Assembly: GCA_002633005.1 (NCBI GenBank)
Contig: NMRA01000188.1
Location: 356,921 to 420,920 of the forward strand
Reading direction: 5' to 3'
Length of the DNA: 64,000 bases
From: Phoronis australis
Taxonomy: Eukaryota; Animalia; Phoronida
The translations under genes and the position numbers were made by a program. Below are positions 1 to 13,156 of the stretch, piece after piece. Each line of letters begins with the position of its first letter. Positions within the stretch are counted from its first letter, which is position 1. The notes below the pieces were generated by a model. It ran no database searches. It was not told the origin of the DNA and saw only the letters and a list, made by a program, of their open reading frames with translations.

Positions 1-3000
1 CCTGCTCGTCACTGTTAACAGCCTTCAAGCAGTCGTCAACGTAAAAGTTGTGTCGGATCGTGGTTGCTACTTCAGGATCGCAACTTTCAGCAGTTTTTCT
101 GAGGGCGAAGTTGAAAACACTGGGGGACGATGCGGCGCCGAAAAGATGTACCGTCATTCGGTAGTCCTCCAATCTGGTCTGTAAGTCGCCGTCAGGCCAC
201 CAAACGAATCTTAGAAAATCTCGTTGGCATTCAGGTACCTTTACTTGGTAAAACATGGTCTCGATGTCTGCTGAAAACGCTATTTGTCCACCACAAAATC
301 TTGTCAAAACACCGATGACTGAGTTGGTAAGATTTGGACCTTGAATCAACTGATCGTTTAAGGACGTGCCTTGAAACTTGGCTGCACAGTCGAACACCAC
401 CCTCAACTTTTTCTTCTGCGGATGGTACACACCATGGTGCGGGAGGTACCAAGTAAAACCTTTGCGACCTTGAACTTCCTTAGCTGGCACTTTCTCTGCA
501 TAACCCTTAGTTAAAAGATTGTCGATAAATGTCTTGTACTCGTTGTAGCACAAACTGTCTCCCATCATCTTTTTCCTTTGGTATGATGCTCTGTGGACAG
601 CTTGTGATCTGTTGTAATTCATTACAAGATTCTGGTTTCTGAAAGGAAGTGGGATCTCAAAGTGGCCGTCGACATTCTTCACGCATTGGTTGTCACGATC
701 CATGAACTCCAAGTCCTCTCTAGAGTGGCCCTTCTCATTCGGGTGTGAGCCAGCGATACAGTCCTTGAAGTCCATTGCAAGCGTGTCGATAACGTTTGCA
801 GGATCCAGAAACGGAATTTCCTTCACAGAACAGGATTCAACAACTTGAATGCGATTACAGTACGTCATGTAGGCACCAAGAGGATTGTCGGAAATATGCA
901 CGACACCGTTGACTGTCCATCCGTGACGCAAGCGAACAGCAAATGGTCCATCACCTTCAGTAGGAACCACCTGTAACGGCTGGAGCGCAGAGGGGCAACT
1001 TAGCAAACCAATGTAAATATTTGGCATTAATGAAGGAATATTTTGAGCAACTTCACGAAGATAACTGACTTTTTCGAGAACCTCCGGCGTAGGGATATGA
1101 CTTGAGTCCACTGGTATCTGCGCACGAGAGTAAGCTTTCTGGATCGTCACAGGATTATGGCCGTTCATGTCAGTAACTTCCANGCATTAATGGAGGAATA
1201 TTTTGAGCAACATCACGAAGATAACTGACTTTTTCGAGAACCTCCGGCGTAGGGATATGACGAGTGTCCACTGGTATCTGCGCACGAGAGTAAGCTTTCT
1301 AGATCGTCACAGGATTATGGCCATTCATGTCAGTAACTTCCAGATCTTTTATAACCGTAGTATTCACATAATTGCGCCCATGCATGGTGTGGAGATCGAG
1401 GGCAACTTCGTGACCTGTAGCATGTAAATCAGTTTTAAGACGATCTGTAAGGAAACATCCACTGCTACCATTGTCGAATAATGCGTATGTCAGTACCTCA
1501 ATATCATTACCTTTCTGTCTAACACGAACAGGAATAATTTCATGAAGTGTTTTCTGATTGCAATCGTCAAACGAAGGAGTATGGCAGGTACTTACTTGAG
1601 CTGTTTGAAGATCGTGTGAAGAGGAGTTGATCAACGACTTAGGTTGCGTACCTCGTGTGGGTGGTGCAGACACCTTGCGTTGCTGTCCCGAGACAACTGG
1701 TAACAATGCCGTCAGAGCATCAGAATCAAGGTCAGGGGTCGTTGGCGAATGTTTACCATACTCAAACTTGTTTGTATCGTTCGTNGTAAGAACCACCTGT
1801 AACGGCTGGAGCGCAGAGGGGCAACTTGAACCTATAAGCAAACCAATGGAAATATTTGGCCTTATATGAAGGAATATTTTGAGGAACTTCACGAAGATAA
1901 CTGACTTTTTCGAGAACCTCCGGCGTAGGGATATGACGAGAGTCCACTGGTATCTGCGCACGAGAGTAAGCTTTCTGGATCGTCACAGGATTATGGCCAT
2001 TCATGTCAGTAACTTCCAGATCCTTTATAACCGTAGTATTCACATAATTGCGCCCGTGCATGGTGTGGAGATCGAGGGCAACTTCGTGACCTGTAGCATG
2101 TAAATCAGCTTTAAGACGATCTGCAATGAAACATCCACTGCTACCATTGTCGAAGAATGCGTATGTCAGTACCTCAGTATCATTACCTTTCTGTCTAACA
2201 CGAACTGGAATAATTTCATGAAGTGTTTTCTGATTGCAATCGTCAAACGAAAGAGTGTGGCAGGTACTTACTTGAGCTGTTTGAAGATCGTGTGAAGAGG
2301 AGTTGATCAACGACTTAGGTTGCGTACCTCGTGTGGGTGGTGCAGACACCTTGCGTTGCTGACCCGAGACAACTAGTAACAATGACGCCAGAGCATCAGA
2401 ATCAAGGTCAGGGGTCGTTGGCGAATTTTTACCATACTCAAACTTGTTTGTATCGTTCGTCGCTGATCTCTCTACGTGAAGTGTAGTAGGGTGACTTTTA
2501 AAGCATTTTTCGCAAATGCGACGATTCGAACATCCTTTAGACACATGACCATAATGAAGGCAACCGAAACATAATTTCTTGTCCATTATGAACTTGCGTT
2601 TGTCATCCATAGACAACGGTCTAAACGAATCACAATCATTTAAGTGGTGGTCCAGTAAACAATAATGGCACACTGGTGACTTTCTTTCACGTGATGGCGT
2701 CGTTTCCGTGGTGGCAGCAAAACTGGTCTTTGAATAAGTCGGCTTGGGTGGTCTTGCCGCAGCTTCCTTCCCGAAAATAGGATCGTTGGCAGTCTCAGCA
2801 GCCTTCTGAATGAAGCTTACAGGTCTGGCAAACGTGACATTTTTGCGTCGTTCATCGCTGTTCACAAAGTCGCGCCATTTGTTTTGCAGATATAATGGAA
2901 GTTTGTGAACAATTGCTTGAAGATTAGGTATGTGATTCAACACCGACAAGTATTCAATCTTCGACATGGCGTGCTCACGTTGTTTTAGAAAAACTGAAAA

Positions 3001-4118
3001 TCCCTTAATGCCGCTTCAATCTTCTGGATTAATTGTAGGCCATGAGTGGAGTTTATTCAAAAACGACGAAGCAACCTTGTACGGGTCACCGTATTCACGT
3101 TTCAAAGTTCGCCGTGCAAGACCACCCAAGCCGACTTATTCAAAGACCCATCTTCTGGATTCATGAAGAGACATCCGGCTACGAGTTCCTTTGCTTCGCC
3201 TCTTAAGTAAGAGTCCAAGTAGTATAAGCGCTCTGTGTCGGTTGAAGTCAGTGGTACAATTTGCGAATCAAATGCCATCTCGAATGTCAAAAAGGTCTTG
3301 ATGTCTCCCGTAAATGTCATGAGATTTGGTGGCGGCAGACGTAATGTTGATAACATACGGGTCAATTCTTTATCGGAATTTTCAGGTTTAGAAATAAGAG
3401 ACGTAGGTGGCATAACCTGAGCACCTGGAACGCTCTGCTGGGGTAAACTAAATGCTTTTGATTTGACGCATGACCCGGAGTCATTGGTACTTGACGCAGC
3501 TTTCAGCACTGCCTCCTCGGCGTTTGCTTTGGCGATCCGGACATTCAGGGCAGACAACAAATGGTGACGTTTAGCTTCGATTTCGGCCTTTTTTAGCTCG
3601 GCCTCCATTTTTAACGACTCCTCCAATGCGGCCTTTTCAGCTGCCAAACCGGCGGTTGTAATGGCGGCTTTCAACCTGAGGGCGTGTGAACTTTCCGAGG
3701 ATTTCTTAGAGCACGTTGTCGAACGCCTAGAAGTCCCTCGCGAAGAAGCTTTAACTGAAACTTCGGATACTGAGTGAAGGTTTTGTTGAAGCGAATGTTC
3801 CGTTTCCATTACCCACTGGTGTACAGTATCACAAAATTCATGAAACACTTGAATCTGATCGTGTTACTTCTGAGTCACTGTCTTACGCTGTAACTCAGTT
3901 GTGATCAACGCTATATGACTCTGATAAGCGTCTGCAAAAACCTGTATATTATGACTAAATGTAGCCAGTTCATCTTTGACTAGATGCAAGCGCTCTGGAC
4001 TTTCCATTAACTTTTTCATTTTTGTCGTCTGCCTTGTTGCCACAGCTTGAGTCGATGACTGTCGCATCTTCAAGTCATTTAACCTAATGGTGTCAGCTGC
4101 TCCATCTTCAGACGACAT
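1..4118 (-). mobile_element. BEL/Pao LTR retrotransposon gag-pol, decayed; runs off the left edge of the window
   Basis: Minus-strand frames give gag (FTGD...RLYYL...L.GEAKELV), a Cys/His knuckle region (CHYC...H...C; CFGCLHYGHVSKGC; CEKC..SHPTTLH), an aspartic protease (YAFFDNGSSGCF) and RT (WYLPHHGVYHP, LRVVFDCAA, HLFGAASSP, NFYVDDCL near 30-50). Stops and frameshifts are present in gag. Confidence 0.92.
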
Positions 4119-4322
4119 GATGAACTATTGATTTGGTCACTGCACGAACACTGAGCCTGACACTTCAGTCGACCTTGGTAACAATAGATATTGTTCCCCG
4201 AGACCCATTCTAGACCGGGATCCCAGAGCTTTTTTGGGCATGAAAAGGTAACCAATTATCTTTGGTGCCACAGTGCTCTATGGGTATCCTGATGCTTGGA
4301 AATGGCCGTCTGGCAGGTTCGN

Positions 4323-5700
4323 GTACAGCCTAATTCTTTTATTCGTGTGCCGTCAGTACATAGACAAACCCGTAAACTGAAATAAACAAAACCCTGAGAC
4401 ACTACTACGAAATATAATACAAGCACAGGCAGTGACAATATATACAAAACCGTTATTTACATCAACGAAGAAAATGTACAAGTAACGAAATGGCTACATC
4501 AGATAAACTGAATCTGATATGAAAATACTATATACAAAAACGAACCTAATTCATACACAATTCTGCCGTGAGACCGTGACGCAAACTACATATCAAGTCA
4601 CGCTAAACTTTTACAATAATATGAGCTTGAAACAGACTGGTTTGTGAATTGCAATCTCAAGGTTGCACCGAACAACGCCCAAACCCTCGACACGAACCAC
4701 GAAGGACGAAATACGGCAAACTAAATAAAGCGAAAATACTGAAATTACACGGGACACGAGAGAATGCATTGCACAAACAAGAATATAACAATAAGCAAAA
4801 GAACAATACTTACATCATGAAAACCCTGCAATCTCGACGACGAAACCAATGACATGCATACACTGCACACAGATAAATACGAAATACGAATGAATGGAAC
4901 TGGTGGGTAAAACGCTTTTAAATGTCAGTACCACGTGACAAGTTCACAATCTGGGGGGTACTTGAAAATGAGTACAACAGGAAACAATACTTAATATACA
5001 CAGGCNATTCTACGTACAGCATAATTCTTTTATTCGTGTGCCGTCAGTACATAGACAAACCCGTAAACTGAAATAAACAAAATCCTGAGTCACTACTACG
5101 AAATATAATACAAGCACGGGCAGTGACAATATATACAAAACCGTCATTTACATCAACGAAGAAAATGTACAAGTAACGAAATGATGGCTATATCAGATAA
5201 ACTGAATCTTATATGAAAATACTATATACAAAAACGAACCTAATTTATACACAATTCTCCCGTGAGAGCGTGACGCAAACTAGATATCAAGTCACGCTAA
5301 ACTTTTACGATAATATGAGCTAGAAACAGACTGGTTTGTGAATTGCAATCTCGAGGTCGCAGCGAACAACGCCCAAACCCTCGACACGAACCACAAAGGA
5401 CGAAATACGGCGAAGTAACTAAAGCGAAATTACTGAAACACGGGACACGAGAGAATGCATTGCACAAACCAGAATATAACGATAAGCAAAAGAACACTAC
5501 TTACATCATGAAACCCTGCAATCTCGACGATGAAAACAATGAGATGCATACACTGCACACAGATACGAAATACGAATGAATGGAACTGGCGGGTAAAACG
5601 CTTTTAAATGTCAGTACCACGTGACAAGTTCACAATCTGGGGGGTACTTGAAAATGAGTACAACAGGAAACAATACTTAATATACATAGGCAATATGAAT
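4323..5700 (-). repeat. Two near-identical ~690-bp copies upstream of BEL gag; probable 5' LTR/leader assembled twice
   Basis: 4323-5005 is repeated at about 5013-5690, separated by a single n. A minus-strand AATAAA lies near the gag-proximal end. The LTR termini and PBS could not be resolved. Confidence 0.5.
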
Positions 5701-6483
5701 GATTGCGTCTGCAGTAACATTTGTGTTACTTACCTACGGTTATCATTAAATACAACTTTTGGTCCTGTGAACTTGTCAAGATTATATCCTCAATACTAGC
5801 ATAAGTAAAAGACAAATCGAATTTTGAGTAAAATCTGGTGGTTATACTGGGTTCGAATTTCCACGCATTACCTTTCTAAAAAGTTTGGTATTTTCCCACT
5901 TTTCAGAAAGAATCAGAAAACTTGCTCTAAGCCTAAGAAGAAAACGTGACAATAATTCCATGCAGTGAGTACTCAGGGCTGAGGCCAAACGTACTGGAAA
6001 AATCTCTTTGTTTCACGACGCGCTCCCCCATATAAATTTTCCTACAATTTTGAGAGCACCAACATCACTGCGATTTGACTGTCCGAGATCATTTTACTGA
6101 ATCCTCGTTCAGCTGCACTGCAAGGAAGCGTCTTAATACATAATGTAAAAAATGGTTGGCTGCGCCCTTGTGCGCCTACGCCCCACTACGTCAGCACTGA
6201 TTATTAGCGTTTTTGTTAATATTATTTTTGCATTCTTCCGTCTCAGTAGCCGCTCTGCCAGAGTTTTCGATTTTATGGACAGATGGCGCTAGTAGTTGTT
6301 AGCCGTACGGTGATGCTCTATTTGTTGCGACCGTTCTCGTCAGTACTTTTGGACGTACTAGTCATGATACGAATCATCAACTGTAAGTTTTTTTGACGCT
6401 TTTTTCTATCAGTTCGCTAGACTGATTGTCATGTTAGTTTTTTGCAGTATTTTTCCACTCTCATTGTACCACACCTGCTGTGA

Positions 6484-6639
6484 CAGTGGCGGATCCAAGA
6501 TTTTTAAAGGGGTGGGGCCGGTTTTTTTAAAGGGGGTACAAGTCAACAATTTGAAAATTCTAGATTTGACATCACTAAAATCAAGGGAAAAAGGGGGGGG
6601 GGGTTCGTAACCCTTTGACCCCCCGCCGATCCGCCTATA
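6484..6639. mobile_element. Short hAT-like MITE
   Basis: Ends are CAGTGGCGGATC and GATCCGCCTAT, with internal G/C runs. No clear TSD. Confidence 0.5.
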
Positions 6640-6899
6640 TATGAACACAATATAAGAACTTATCTCTTATGCAGTTTTGTTTTCATGAGACGTAAGGCAT
6701 AATACCGAAGATCGAGAACTTTTTAAGTTTGTAGCTTTTGCAAGCGCCAACATCTACATTGACCTGTTTTACTGTAATAATATTAACTCGTCGAATTTGG
6801 AGCACGTCATAACCGGCCCCCTTATTTTCGTGAACGGCTTGCCATTTTGATTGCGCTTGTTAACTAATCATTTGCCTAACACCAAACCTGATAGGTACC

Positions 6900-7580
6900 A
6901 ATTTCAGCGTTAACCTAGAAAAAACGATTGAAATCAACTACAATGAGAAGATTGACGAAATCAATTATCTTTTAAAAATTTGGACTAGAAGAAAAATCTC
7001 TTTTTGGGGAAAGTTACGGTGGTAAAAACCTAGATTGTGCCAAAATTTATTCACTTAATGACAACTCAGCCTACTCCATCAGACATTGTTATTATGAATG
7101 AATTTAACGCAAATTTTTTTTAGGTTATTTGGAATAATAAAAGTGAGAGAGTGAAGAGAGGTGTATCAATTAAAGCTTACATGTATGAGAAAGAGAGAGT
7201 GAAAATATTTAATATAATTCTTTTTAACAAGGTTATAAAATTTCATGAATAAAGAAATACATACCTCTGAAACAAAATGTGTGAAATTACTGGAATTTGA
7301 AGCGGGAATTACAAAGTCAAATATTATAAAGTTTGAAAATGATTATATTAAAAATCACACTGAAGTAGCCAATCCATTATGGAACAAAGTTCTAAGTAAC
7401 CGGTCCTTTTTGATAAAGATGCAAATGATGTACTCTAAAGAATTAATGGCACAATGATGAAATACAAAAAGACAGAAAATCTATCTTGCTTGCTACTGGT
7501 GGCGTTCTTTTTATTAATGACTTACTTGATGAAAATAATAAGTTTTACTCATACTGTATACTGAATTTACAGATGCAGTT
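6900..7580 (+). mobile_element. L1/Tx1-type LINE ORF2 remnant (post-RT region)
   Basis: Translates with frameshifts and stops as NYNEKIDEINYLLKIWTRRKISFWGK-VTVVKT*IVPKFIHL...W.NK.ERVKR...PLWN. Confidence 0.7.
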
Positions 7581-8086
7581 AATTAAGATATATTGCACGT
7601 CAGTATATAATTACACAAAACGTACCGAGCGTGGCGTACATGAAATAATGTCCCACTCGATATTATTCCGCGTATCGACCTCGACCTTCGGTCGCCACTC
7701 GAGGTACATGTACGTTTTGTATTCATCCCATACGCATCGAATCCTTGAGTTTCTTTTGTTTTCTTTCGGCATTTTATAAATACCTCACCCTGACTGTTTA
7801 CGTGGCTAATCACAACCAGTTGAGTATGTACGTGCGCGTTATGTTGCTAACTTACTATAGCAAAAGAAAACAAATAAATGTAACTGTTTATTACTTGAAA
7901 TTGATAAAAAGTGTGAAAACGAAAGTTACCGTGCATTGAACTTATATCACATTTCGAAAATAAAAAAGTAACAAGAATATTTATAACGTTGTAAAATCCT
8001 CTTCGGGTAGCTGCACCCATTCATGAAACTAGGTCATTGACCGGAGCGCGTAGCCTTCACGTCGTCTGTTTTCACGAAGATGTTAA

Positions 8087-9358
8087 AGGCGAAGGCAACC
8101 TTTTTTTCATGTCACTTTTAGCAAAAATAAGTTCGTTGATTATCCCAGACACATTTTTCACTTAATTACAGCTTTTCGTAATTTGATTAATTTCTCGTCC
8201 TCTACTCCGGAAGTGACGTTTTGGGAGGCAAGAGTTTTGCGCCAATTTCTTTTCATTGTAGTCTGACACTGAGGGCTATCGAGTCAGTCATTGTTCTACC
8301 TCGGTTGTGATAAGTTCGGTCGTCGTTTGCTTTTGTTTAAAGTCAGTCAACATGCCACGCTGTTGCTGCGTGCCGGGATGTACTCATTATCGTCTCACAC
8401 GTGCTTTGGATACGTTGCGTTGCTTTCCGAAGGATGACACACTTCGCCGTACGTGGCTAGCTCGTTCATGTGAAGAACGCAGTGATACCCGTTCACGCAA
8501 CGTACAAAGCAGCGGAGGGTTACCGAGTTTGTGGCAAGCATTTTCTACCGTCAGATTACGACAGAGATATGAACGCTGAATTGCTGAAGGTCCCCGCGAA
8601 ACAACGCCTGAAAAAGGGTATTTTACCGTCGCTGTTGATTCCCGGCAGTGCCCCGTCGCCAACCTCGAGAAGTGCGTTTTTGAAGCGAGAAGCCTCGCGA
8701 GCTGTAGCCACTATATACAGTGACTGGAGGCACTTCATCTAATGTCACCCGTGCCTCAGAACGTACCCTATTGCGAGCCTGTAAGCAGCCCTGCAGCGAT
8801 GTTGAGTACTGGGAGTGAATACAGGCCCAGTTCGACACCCAGTGAAGAGGACAATTCGTCATCCAATGAACAGATCGGTGAGCCTAAGTTTGATAAGTTT
8901 AATGTGGACTTGTATCGGAGCTATTTAGAAGGTGCCAGGTGTGTGGCGAGGAAGTCACACGGCGGGATCTAAGCAGTTTTGGTGCTCAGATAACCCTCCA
9001 GTGGGAGTGTGTCGCGGGACACTCGGGCAAGTGGGACAGTTCTTCCTCTGTACGTGAGACGATAATGAGTATACCCTAGCAACAGCGTGGCATGTTGACT
9101 GACTCGGAAGCAAAAGCAAACGACGACCGAACTCATCACAACCAAGGTAGAACAATGACTGACTCGACTGCTCTCACAGGCAGACTATATGAAAAGAAAT
9201 TGGCGCGAAATTCTCGCCTCCCAAAACGTCACTTCCGGAGTAGACTACGAGTAATTAATTAAATTACGAAAAGCAGTAAATCAGTGAAAAATATGTCTGG
9301 GATAGTCAACGAACCTTATTTTGTCTAAAAATGACATGAAAAAAGGTTGCCTTCGCCT
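8087..9358 (+). mobile_element. Kolobok-like non-autonomous DNA transposon with ~310-bp TIRs and a THAP-domain remnant
   Basis: TTAA at 8083-8086 and 9359-9362. Termini are AGGCGAAGGCAACC and GGTTGCCTTCGCCT. The inverted repeats run about 8087-8398 and 9055-9358. Confidence 0.8.
8352..8742 (+). pseudogene. THAP zinc-finger ORF with a frameshift near 8465
   Basis: MPRCCCVPGC...FPKD...RRTW then, in another frame, RVCGKHF.PSDY...RLKKGILPSL. This is the C2CH THAP signature plus an AVP-box-like end. Confidence 0.8.
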
Positions 9359-9924
9359 TTAAAAGTGCCACCGTTGATGGCAGCTCCGGCGAATATGCCT
9401 GTTGTAGCATTGTTGCAGGTACGTTGTCGCTGTATAATAAATATACGACAGTCTGTTGATACAGCTAGCTGGCTGGCTACGGATTCTGTAGCATGGATGC
9501 TGTAGGTTCACGTGTTGCTGGGACGGTCGTCGTTGCTGCTCGTGTAATCACTGTCGCCGATAGTATCGGGTGCTGTCATGGCCAGTGACAACAATGTTTG
9601 ATATTGGCGAGGAATCGGTGCCTGAGTTGCAGACGATAACAAATATAGAAATGGAAAACTGAGACAGAACTGTCATATAATTAGCAGTCCTGTTCCTGAT
9701 GTTACGATTGAGACCTGGTTGCATGTTGAGTGGTATTTGCACTGCTACAATTGTATTACTTTAACCTATTTTCCGAATGTTCGATTATCTAACCGGCCAA
9801 CGACGTCGAGTCGACATTGACCTACCTTTTGAACCTTCAATGTCAGAGGTCATTGTTGAAGTAGTGCGGGAGGTGAATACGGAAAACATTAATACCTGGC
9901 CGTATTCCCCTCGACAGATTCAAC

Positions 9925-10500
9925 GCGTATGGGATAAAATGAAACTATTTGCCAGAAAAAATTTTGCCGACTGGCCAAAAAAATTTCAAGAAGGAAGTTA
10001 TAACTTTGAAAGTCATGACTGGAAAAATTTGTATTCACTATGTTTTAAAACCACTTTCGATCTCATGTTATGTACGCTGCAGTTTAAAATATCACATAGA
10101 ATACTTGCAGCGAACTCTTTTCCGAAAAAAAATGTGGACTCTGATGTATGTACTTTCTGCCATTCGCAAATTGAAACAGAAGAATACAGCCTTTTCAAAT
10201 GAGATAATATTAAAATATAGATAGAAGAATTATGATGTTGTTTGTAAAAAGTATCAATTTGATTATAGGCAAAAAACTTTGGCTCGCCCATAAGTATAGA
10301 AAATGAAGTTTCAAATTGTATTCTGTTGCATCTAAAGAATATTATTTATGTGTCTAAGTGTAAAAAATAATCCCTAGTTTCTGTCATATTCTTAAGATAT
10401 TAAAAATAGAATTTTATATTCAAAGAAGAATTTTATTAAATAATGGTAATTTACATGAATACCAAACCTGGAGAAATTGGCTAACCACAACTATTTCCAG
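9925..10500 (+). mobile_element. L1/Tx1-type LINE ORF2 C-terminal remnant (zf-RVT), probably the continuation of 6900-7580
   Basis: DWKNLY...QFKISHRILAANSF...SDVCTFCHSQIETEEYSLF. Confidence 0.7.
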
Positions 10501-10543
10501 ACAACATCCTAGCTAAACAGGGTGGGTATGTTGACGGGGGCAG

Positions 10544-10594
10544 GTGTGTGTGTGTGTGTGTGAGTGTGTGTGTGTGTGTGTGTGTGTTTGTGTG
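10544..10594. repeat. (TG)n microsatellite
   Basis: Visible TG run. A paralogous degenerate run lies at about 38625-38710. Confidence 0.95.
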
Positions 10595-11731
10595 CGGTGA
10601 GAGAGGAAACGTATTGATGTTCTTTTTCTTTGTATCAAAAAAACACCAAAACTTATCAAGAAACCGGAAGTCGAATACAAAGGCCATCGAGAACAATATT
10701 GTTCATACCACACCGGTGGTCGTCATGACAAGCGGCAGCATGTGACTAGCGAAAGTAAATAAAGTAATTTCAAAAAAATTATTAAGAAAATAAGGGTACT
10801 GAGTTGGGCGACCGCCCCCAAATCCTAAAGCGTTATCAGTATTTGTATTTTGGTTGGCTCGATGACTACGACACATATTTTATTAAAATACTTTATAAGT
10901 TTATATAAAGCCGTGAATAGTTAGTTTTATTAAGAATTTTAGTGTTGCCCACAACCCAGTGATACATAAGTTTGTTAAAATACGCCTTAAACAGTTAAAA
11001 TACAAAAACACTAGTCCCATAGCTACATGTATATAAAACGTCTGACGTCTTGTCGAAAACCTGGAACACTGAAAACGGGTACTGTTATGATGGCGATGAA
11101 CTTGTAACGACTGTCAAAATTATTTCAAACAATTTTATACAGGAGGCTACTGTTCAAGATGCAGTCTGTTAATGGGTCATCTCTAGTTGCCTCACAGTAT
11201 TTGAGGATATCACCACATCCACATCTTTATCGCTTTCTTCAACTTAGTGAAAAGCGTTATCCCATTTGTCCTTTCTCACATTGCTGCATGCGCCCAGCCA
11301 GCCTTTAATATGGGGCTCGAATTTCCGATGTTGTGGTCCTTTTACTAACAAAATGCGAGAGGAGTGGAAAAAGAACGGCGTACTACTTTCGGAGCTGTGA
11401 ATTGTACATTTCTGCATTTTTTAGCTTTTATATTGGACTTTTTGTCTCGTTATCTCGGAGGTTTTGTTTCTCTGAGGCGGACCTTTTTGTCCGCTTCGCT
11501 AAATTGGGGTTTCCCGCGAGCCTCCCCCACATGTGCTGTATTGTACAATGTTATTGTATTACAATTTCATGCTTACCCTCTCCCCCCCCCCTTCCCCGCT
11601 GAATACTACTCTCAGATTTGCAAATGCAACCCTAAATTTTTGCGCTTGTGACCTTGTTTGAGCCGTTCCAGGGGATAAAACTGAACTGAGTTCAGCAGTC
11701 TCAAACATGCGATTTTAACTCAGAGTTTAAA

Positions 11732-12394
11732 CATAGGCGGATTTAGGGGGGGCCCAGGGGGCCCGGGCCCCCCTCCCCNAAGAAAATGGAACCTGAGTGA
11801 CGATGAAAAAAAAACAGAAGCTGCTGGTAAGATGTGAATTTTAATCGAAGCCTTAGTGAATCACTCAGAAACTTGCAATACTCTCTTTGTCAAACCTTAT
11901 CTTAAGACGATTTCCAAAGCAATCCCGTCACTATTGCCAACACGAAAAATGGGTCTTTTGGGCATTTGAAGACTATTTCAAATACGAAAAATTTGTTAAG
12001 AATTGATGGCACAAAATATGAAACGTGTAATAAGCATTACAAAAAGAAGTAGGTTTCGCGCGCAAACGCTGTGGCCCATAAACAAGTAGGTCTTTTAGTA
12101 TGAGATCGGTAGCTATATCGTGGTGGTGTAGTGGTTACGTACGCGCGCTCTAAACGCAAGGTCGTGAGTTCGAGTCTTTGGTACTTGCATGTTTTCCTGT
12201 TTGACACGTTTTCCTTTTTTTCTTGGATAATACTTCAGGAATCAAGGGAAATGCTTGATTTCTAGAGGTAAAAACAGAAAAATTTCCCCCCATTCGGTAC
12301 TATGCGCATCTACAATCATGGTTCAGTTTGCGCAAATGCTTCCAGCCGGACAAAATGTTGGGCCCCCCCTTGTGATATCCTAGATCCGCCACTG
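11732..12394 (+). mobile_element. hAT/P-like non-autonomous element carrying a tRNA-like (SINE-head) segment
   Basis: TIRs are CATAGGCGGATTTAG and CTAGATCCGCCACTG, with a 7-bp TSD GTTTAAA. The element is absent from the paralogous site near 39630. An A/B-box segment lies at about 12121-12180. Confidence 0.75.
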
Positions 12395-12796
12395 GTTTAA
12401 ATTACTAATTTTCATTTAGCAAGAATCTCTCCTTCATTACTAACATTAGCCATTTTTCAGCGCATCATTTGTTGTGTCAAATAAGTATGGGAGTTGCTTG
12501 AGACTTGACACCGACAGATTTTCCTTTCAAGGAGTGTAAAGCGCCGACGACACGAGTTTATGAGCTCTTTTTAAATCATAACATGCACATGTCGTACCTT
12601 GTCAGAGAGTATAAAAAATTGTTGACTTGGTAGACTCGGACGCGTTTGCGTTTAGTGAGTCTATTGAATTGAAAAAAAACGTCGAGAAAGTTCACCTAAG
12701 CCTAGAAATATCACGTTAAGACGACGGCACACCACACAGTTAGGGTCAGAAAGTACATGTAATATAACTAGACCGGTATGGACAGTTCACTTCGCA

Positions 12797-13156
12797 TCAG
12801 GAGTTGGTGTTTAAGGATTTAAGGTTTCCGATATCTAGCCATTCCCGACCGTAAAACACTCCACCAACAACGAGACATAATACTGAGAGCAAAATTTGCA
12901 CAAACATGTTCTCGCCATTCGCGGTCTTTCTCAAGCTTCGCTTTTTTAGTGCAGAGAAAGTGTTACGATACGCTTCGATTGTGGCCTGGCGAGCACCGGA
13001 CCAATTATGAGGTCCCGTTAACCTGTACTGCACTGGAAAGGCAGGACCGTAGAAACACAGAAAGGCCAGAGTGGGGTCGCGAAACAGCAGAGACATGAAA
13101 CGAGGTTTGGCCCCGATGATGTCAGCGATTTGGTCGCAGTACGTCAAATTATCCAC
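12797..13156 (-). CDS. FMO: Flavin-containing monooxygenase, exon 6 (last; C-terminal membrane anchor)
   Basis: AG acceptor at 13157-13158. Translates as Y.DQIA..IGAKP...DP.LA...FYGP..P.QYRL.GP..W.GAR.A, then a hydrophobic tail and TGA. Confidence 0.93.
   Translation of the reverse strand: MDNLTYCDQIADIIGAKPRFMSLLFRDPTLAFLCFYGPAFPVQYRLTGPHNWSGARQATIEAYRNTFSALKKRSLRKTANGENMFVQILLSVLCLVVGGVFYGREWLDIGNLKSLNTNS

Noticed and set aside
965-2460. Apparent triplication of the BEL protease region
   Set aside because: The near-identical copies are separated exactly by single n characters (1183, 1785), which is typical of overlapping contigs or haplotypes joined in a scaffold.
4323-5700. Tandem LTR pair or tandem repeat
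   Set aside because: The copies are separated by a single n at 5006, so this is most likely assembly redundancy.
10481-10745. Short His/Thr- or Cys/Val-rich ORFs
   Set aside because: They are translations of the (TG)n microsatellite.
12121-12185. Possible tRNA genes (also near 32472, 37340 and 43100)
   Set aside because: A and B boxes are present, but there are no proper acceptor or anticodon stems and the segments are embedded in repeats.
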